A stretch of 64,000 nt of DNA from Nemertoderma westbladi (taxonomy: Eukaryota > Animalia > Xenacoelomorpha). Each line of letters opens with the position of its first letter. Position 1 is the first letter of the stretch. Made by a program: the position numbers and the translations under genes. The notes beneath the pieces are model-generated. The model was not told the DNA's origin, made no database searches, and worked only from the letters and a program-made list of their open reading frames with translations. Of this stretch, positions 57,629 to 64,000 are shown piece by piece. The DNA is taken from the NCBI GenBank assembly GCA_032718475.1, contig JAUCBJ010001051.1, forward strand, positions 1-64,000, in the 5' to 3' direction.

Positions 57629-58469
57629 GCAGCCGACTTATGGGGGAAACATTGATATTCGCGACTCAACGTTAGCTGTAAGAAAATACTCTTGATCAAC
57701 CAGCACATGTAACAATATTTCTGTTCATATTATTAGGCCCCTACTGTAATTCATAACATCGCTATGGTGTTTATTACATCTACCTAATAATTAATGGAAT
57801 TGGTGCAATGAATGAGTATTCATGAGTTGGGTGGTCGATTACACATACAAGGTATCATTAACATTATTCACGCACTACTCCATACAAACACACATTGCAA
57901 TTATTGATTAATCATAAGGGATTTATTATTTTGTAACACAGAACTGCATTGCATGTATATGATGTGTTTGTACTGTAGGCCTATATATGCAAGCTACTGT
58001 ACGTACATAGGAACAGTAGGATAAAACGTACATAGGATAAAATTACATTAAGCTAATTTCATATAATTAAGCTACTACATTTCATAGTCAGCCAATATAC
58101 AGTGTGTACATGTGATGGACTATATATCACAAACAAACAGGAAAAAAAATATATCTTTTAGTTTTGACCGCAGCTCAAAAATACTAAATTTGAAATATAA
58201 TTAAATTTGTGAATTTGACTGATATCACACGTCAGAGAAATCACTCCTTTTAAAATTTATTAAAGTAGAGTTAAAGGACTATATTCCATAAAAAAAAGTA
58301 GCGGAAAACACTATAATCAGCATTATAAACATAACGTGTAAGGCAATCCAGTTATCTACGGTGGGGATTTTCGGCCATATTTACTTTTTTTTTATTTAAT
58401 TCAATTTCTTTTTCCTTTTTTCTGATTATTTGCGTCCACATTTACTATTTCAGAAATAATTATATTTCT

Positions 58470-58625
58470 TTTCCTTTTTACTATTAACTGTTCCTCAGTT
58501 AATTTTCCTTTTTACTATTAACTGTTCCTCAGTTAATTTTCCTTTTTACTATTAACTGTTCCTCAGTTACTTTTCCTTTTTACTATTAACTGTTCCTCAG
58601 TTACTTTTCCTTTTTTTCTATCAAC
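58470..58625 (+). repeat. ~34-bp minisatellite, ~4.5 copies
   Basis: ttttcctttttactattaactgttcctcagtta(a/c) repeated. Confidence 0.9.
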
Positions 58626-58811
58626 TGCGTTGACTGTTGTACTGTACCGCAGCGCCGGTACAGCTGTAGGCTACATGCTGACTATACAGCTATACATAAT
58701 ATTATTATATTATTATATATTTAAATACATTATATATATATATATAAAAAAAAAGGTAAAGAAATTGATGTAACAGCTGATAGAAAAAATGTAAAGTAAA
58801 TGAATTATATA

Positions 58812-59740
58812 TTCGACAAAATTGCGCCGCCACAACTCCCTATCACCCATGACATTTGCTAGATCATCCGCATCTTCAAGGCCAGTGTCCTTTAAGATGC
58901 GTCGCAAGAAAGTCATGGGCTGTCCAATATGCTTATTCACTCCGTGAGGCTGCCAAAGTACAAGATTATGCACTGTCTGGTCCTCACGGCGAAAGCAATG
59001 TCCAGCAAAGCGGAGGCGATTTTGTTCTAGTGTCAAGCTTGGGGGAACCAATGAGACACCTCCAATGTTATATAGTGTCTGGTTGGAGATGTTTGCATTG
59101 TACTTGACACAATGAACCCGGCGTAGCATTCTTGTGAATGTGCCATCCATAGATTTGGTGTCCTCAGCAGTTAGAGCCCAGCATGGACTCCCATAGAGGA
59201 GTACTGGAACTACTGCTGCTCTAAATAATCGGACCTGAAGTTTCCGATTAATTCTCGGTGACTTCCAAATCCTGGAAAGCCTATTCAAGGCTGCCCATGC
59301 CTTTCCCTTACGTATTCGAAGGTCCTCACCTGACTTCCGGATCCATGATCCCAGGTAACAGAAGTCGTCCACATGCTCGAGCATACCATCATTTGAGCTT
59401 ATGCTCTTCCGATCAGAGACTTGCTGAGGACTTTCAAAGCTAACTGTCAAACTTTTGGTCTTTCTGGAGTTAATAAAAAGACCAACACTAGAAGCAGCCT
59501 GTTCTAATGAGCTGAGGAGCTGTTGGTCTCCCTCTAGTGATTCTGAGAGTACTCCTAAGTCATCAGCAAAGTCTAGATCAGTTAGGTACTTGGCAGGATT
59601 TCTTCGACTTCTGGAGCCAGTAGGTGGAGTTATCATCACCCCATCATCATTATGATGATCTAAGGACATGGATAGAACATAGTCAACCACAATTATGAAC
59701 AAAAATGGCGCAAGTGTGTCACCCTGGAGGACGCCCCATA
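58812..59740 (-). pseudogene. 5'-truncated RTE-clade LINE (RT C-terminal half)
   Basis: GVLQGDTLAPFLFIIVVDY; DLDFADDL; VDDFCYLGSWI; LFRAAVVPVLLYGS; RLRFAGHCFR; DRELWR. Confidence 0.9.
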
Positions 59741-59907
59741 ACACGGTTCTGTGTCTCCGCCAACAGTAGACACAAATGTTGTCGAACCATCGTATACTTA
59801 TCTGATTGCTGCAATCAGAGAATCCCATATAATGAAAGTATGCTGAATATACGTGAGCGAGAGACTGAATCAAAGGCCTTGTAGAAGTCAACAAAGATAA
59901 CAGCCAG

Positions 59908-62900
59908 ATAAATCGTTTGAGTTGATTTATAATATATATATACCCGTTTAAATGGGTTTTGTCAATATTTGAAATAAATGTTATTATTTCTGGGGGGTCA
60001 CTACACAGAAGCTATGCGCTCTCAGTGAAGTGCTACCTATGGGACACTAAAACAGATAATTCTAATTTACCTAAGTTACTTAATACTACAATTACTTACG
60101 ATACGGGTGAGATTAAATCTCTAATTAAACTCAACAAAAATATTACGTACGAAATTTTTAGGGTAATTTTACAGGAAGTCTACAAACCAGCCTAACAAAG
60201 GGTTAGAATTCTGGTTATTACAACGGACAGGGTACTACGGTATTTTAAAATAATAAGTAGTAGTAAATACACTGCGTTGTCCAGATAGGAAAGTACCACC
60301 GCCTGACGACCTATAACCGTATCGCTATAGGTACTACGTTATGTATCACGGATTGTTCCTACCTAGAAGTTAATTACCGCGGACTACCAGATCCAGCGTG
60401 CCTATTAACCACTTTACAACACAAATATACTGCCTACACACTAATTACTTCGGAAAGCACTGTACACTAAACCCTAAATTAGGTACAAGTACTGGTACAA
60501 CAAATAATCAGTAGTTAAATATACTTGAACAGTTAAAAGAACCACGGCATCTGCTGGAGTGACCGGAGCACAAAGTCACCAGTCTTTACCTACGCCAAGC
60601 AGCCCGTGTAGTACCGGGGTTAATTTAACTATAACGGTATGTATAACAAACACAATTACTGTAGGAATAAACTTGGGGACATGAATGTTGCGAATAATCG
60701 CATAAACTCTGAATAATAAATATTACGCTACCCGTACAGAATACTCAAATAAAATACAAACCAAACGCTGGCAGACTACCACCAAGCCTAAATAAACTAC
60801 TGTATGTGCAGATTCCAAAATCGTTAGTTAGTATGCGTTCTAACACGGTAGTACGACTTATTCTTTAAGAGGGGATTGACCTTACAGCAATGGCTGCCCC
60901 AACTTACTAACTGGCGCTCTATCGGACAAACTCTACACACGCCGTAATCTCTCCAAACCCAACAACAATCCGACAACAATCCGGCCTACAGTTATCTGAA
61001 CAATCTGAGCAGACTTACACGTCTTCAGCTCAATATTAACTTACTAGGAAATAAAACTGACAGAAATAGACCTAAGTAAAATCCCAATAAAAACCAGGCG
61101 TCCCCGATTTAATATCGAGACCTACTGGTATACAATAATCAAATCGAATAATACTAATGTACTTATACTGGAAGTACCGGTTAGGACAGTTGGGCCTACG
61201 GACCTACCAAAGTACCGGTTCTGGCAGTTGGACCTACGGACCTACGGCAGTACCGGTTCTGGCAGTTGGGCCTACTGACCTACAGAAGTACCGGTTCAGG
61301 TTTACCGGTCGACCGGTACTTTCAACTTTATTGCTTACTGCAATAAAGTCAATGACTGTTATTGTACGCGCTTTTGAAGACCTTTAGCAGTTTAACCTGC
61401 CAAAATTTATATGTCTTTTGGTTTATCAATATACTTTAGAAGATGACAAATATTTAATACCAATAAACACAACATTAGCAGAAGCCAGCCTAGTGCGCGT
61501 CCATTCACCCGCTGGATATACCCGGGAGACTGGATTCTGAGGGCTTAGATTATTATTGCAGTGAAGCCTACTGTATTATTCGATTGATCGTTAATAAATA
61601 ATTTCTGACTAATATTATTCACTTTCGGGAAATATTAACAGTTCCTTTAGGACGTGGCGCTCTATCTAAGTAAACAGAGATATGACTTATACTAATCACA
61701 ACGGTAAGTCGGTAAGGCTTATAATTCACGTATGAGGCGCATTCTTTAGGAAATGCTTAGTTATCAGTCACAATCAGGCACACTACCGGTAACACACAAT
61801 ACTGCTCACTAATTTGCCGACCGTCAATGTATTTTATCATATATAAAGCGAACAGCAATTGACTCTTGTAGTGCTTATCAAATAGCATTAAATTCAATAC
61901 AAACCACAACAATATAAGTCGCAATCGCTATATATAACCCGCCTCTCTAACCTGTAGTGTATCAAGAAAATTGGGAAATTTGGGTTCTTTATAAACGTTC
62001 TCCAAATAATCTTCAATCAACTGATATAAAATATGACAACAGTAAAAACATTAAGACGGTAGGTTAGGATATGATATGAACCGATATGTACAGTGATATG
62101 TACTGAGTGTCCAAATTGTGCCGTGATATGAATTGATTTGTGTTATGAATTGCATTGATAACAGTCATACGCTCTATAATCTTAAGCCTACTAATGTTTC
62201 TTTCTAGAGCCGTTGTTTCTGGCTTAGACAGCAATAACAACAAAGTATCAGTAAAAAACTGTAAGACTGAACAATCCCAGTATGATCGGCTCAAAGCTCC
62301 ACATCGACAGAGAAAATCGCTCTGATTGGCTGAAGCCAAACAAAGAACCATGCGTCCAATGGCTGTTTCCATTTAAGCAACCAGCTGTTAGATGTCGTAA
62401 TCTGAATCATCACGGCTAAGCTGTGTAAAAGTATTTGCCGTATTGCGGGTTTTTTGCCTTACCATGTCCGCTAAAACACGTATATAGAAGAATGACTTTT
62501 ATGTCCGTTAAAAACACCTGTAACGGTACCTTGCGGGCAAGGGGAATATATATACAGTTAGAGAACCCTTTTAGAGTATTCCAGCGCCTAGGGGGAAACT
62601 GGATTGCGAAGCAAAGGGGCCAGTTATATCCCACAGAAGCTTTTACAATGGTCATAAATTCGTATTTGCGTCACTATACTGGCAGTCTGGCAGTGGCATA
62701 CTGGTACCTATTTTGTCTGCGGACTTAGCGAGAAAGCTATGATTAATTAAAAAAATAAATACTACAAAATAAAATGGCAATATTTACATTACTGTACATT
62801 ACTAACCTAAACTACTGTATACTGTATACCATGCTGCCATATGCAGTGCTGTTCAACTAATTTTGTAGTGACAATTTAACTAAACCCAACTAAATAATTA

Positions 62901-64000
62901 AAAATGACTAGTTAACTAACTTTTTCAACTAATTCTGAGGTGTCTAGTTAAATAAAAGTTAAAAAGTTAACTAAAACTTAACTAAAACACAATTTTGAAA
63001 AATACATGTAACCATAGCAACAGGTTGTTATACAACAATTACGATATCGACAGTCACTGGGCCCAAACCACAGTCAGTCGTTTTTGATGGACAGCACTGT
63101 TACAATAGCAACATGTTCAGAAATAGGTGTTATTGCTTTCAAAACCCAAACGCTTTATTATTTATCCATATACAGTATATATAAATTTATAATATAAATC
63201 TTTATATTATATAGGTAGGTAACCGGTAGGTACATTAGCACTACTGCACTAGAAGTAGAACTAGGCAACCATGGCCTCTGATAGGGTGATAGGTAAACGG
63301 CAAATAGGCCTCTGATAGAGAGGCCATTACTTTTAAGAAGACCGAATAGTACAGTGTGATCGGTAATGGTGGTATGGTTAAGGTTTGGAATTTAGTTAGA
63401 ATTTAGTTGAAAGTTCAACTATTTTTCTTCAAAAAACGCTTTAACTAACTAAATTCGTCGCGACAAATTAACTAAAACCACTTTAACTAAATAACACCAA
63501 ATGACAACTTAACTAGTTGACCTTTCAACTATGTAGTTTAACAGCACTGGCCATATGAGCAGAGCATATGACTATGAATAGATCATAGATGATAGAGATA
63601 GAACATCATGGACCCAAACACCAAGACAGCCAGACCCAGACCCAATAGGTACTGAATAGGCCTACTGGAATAGCAGACATCAGGACACAGCTGCATAATG
63701 CAGTAGTGTAGTGTATATATCAGTATATCGGTATTTAAATCAAAACTGCACTGTTATGGCTGTATGGACTGTGACTGGCTGAGTGGTACATACATCAGTA
63801 CATACAGACATACATATTACATAATTACAATGCAACATTATTTTAATGATCAATTTATTAATTATTATAAGTATTATAAGCAGGGATCGCACACGTACAG
63901 TCAGACATAGTAGTTACTTTTTGCGGTTGTGGTATGGCTTTGTAGTAGCTTGCTTTAGTGATATTAATTTCATTGATTTTTACATTAGGTAAATTATTGA
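59908..64000 (+). repeat. Direct duplication of 51612-55705 (BEL 5' leader, third LTR 61363-62647 and host flank)
   Basis: Near-identical sequence at offset ~8296 with a handful of substitutions; runs off the window end. Confidence 0.95.

Noticed and set aside
61363-62647. Independent second BEL insertion or solo LTR
   Set aside because: It shares both the internal leader and the identical host flank with the 53067 LTR, so it is part of a segmental duplication.

Overview
This is a repeat-dense metazoan genomic window with four main parts. (1) About 1-15821 is a Polinton/Maverick-type element with long terminal inverted repeats (TIRs); its left end lies upstream of the window and its right end reads ...CTACTACT. 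It has an intact 1351-aa protein-primed family-B DNA polymerase, but I recognise no integrase, packaging ATPase, protease or capsid gene. Its cargo is unusual: a TATA-binding-protein (TBP)-like gene, an array of about 13 tRNA T-arm/B-box motifs, a micro zinc-finger ORF, a non-LTR RT fragment, a small TQT-motif protein and a frameshifted ~557-aa orphan. The terminal ~300 nt can fold into a multi-branched hairpin. (2) 17965-24824 holds the four 3' exons of a host ARID2/BAF200 gene, with an antisense CACYBP/SIP gene nested in one intron. (3) 30998-54352 is a young ~23-kb BEL/Pao LTR retrotransposon with an ATGGT target-site duplication (TSD) and intact gag-pol. In the env position it carries a ~1417-codon accessory ORF with a DEDDy (WRN/EXD/Mut-7-like) 3'-5' exonuclease domain and zinc knuckles. 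That ORF is split by one TAG and by an intact nested GalEa-type Copia element (TGATC TSD). (4) The remainder consists of MITEs, a Helitron-like element, a tRNA-derived SINE, RTE/CR1 fragments and a >=4.1-kb duplication of the BEL 5' end plus flank. All family calls come from motifs recognised by eye; no database searches were run.
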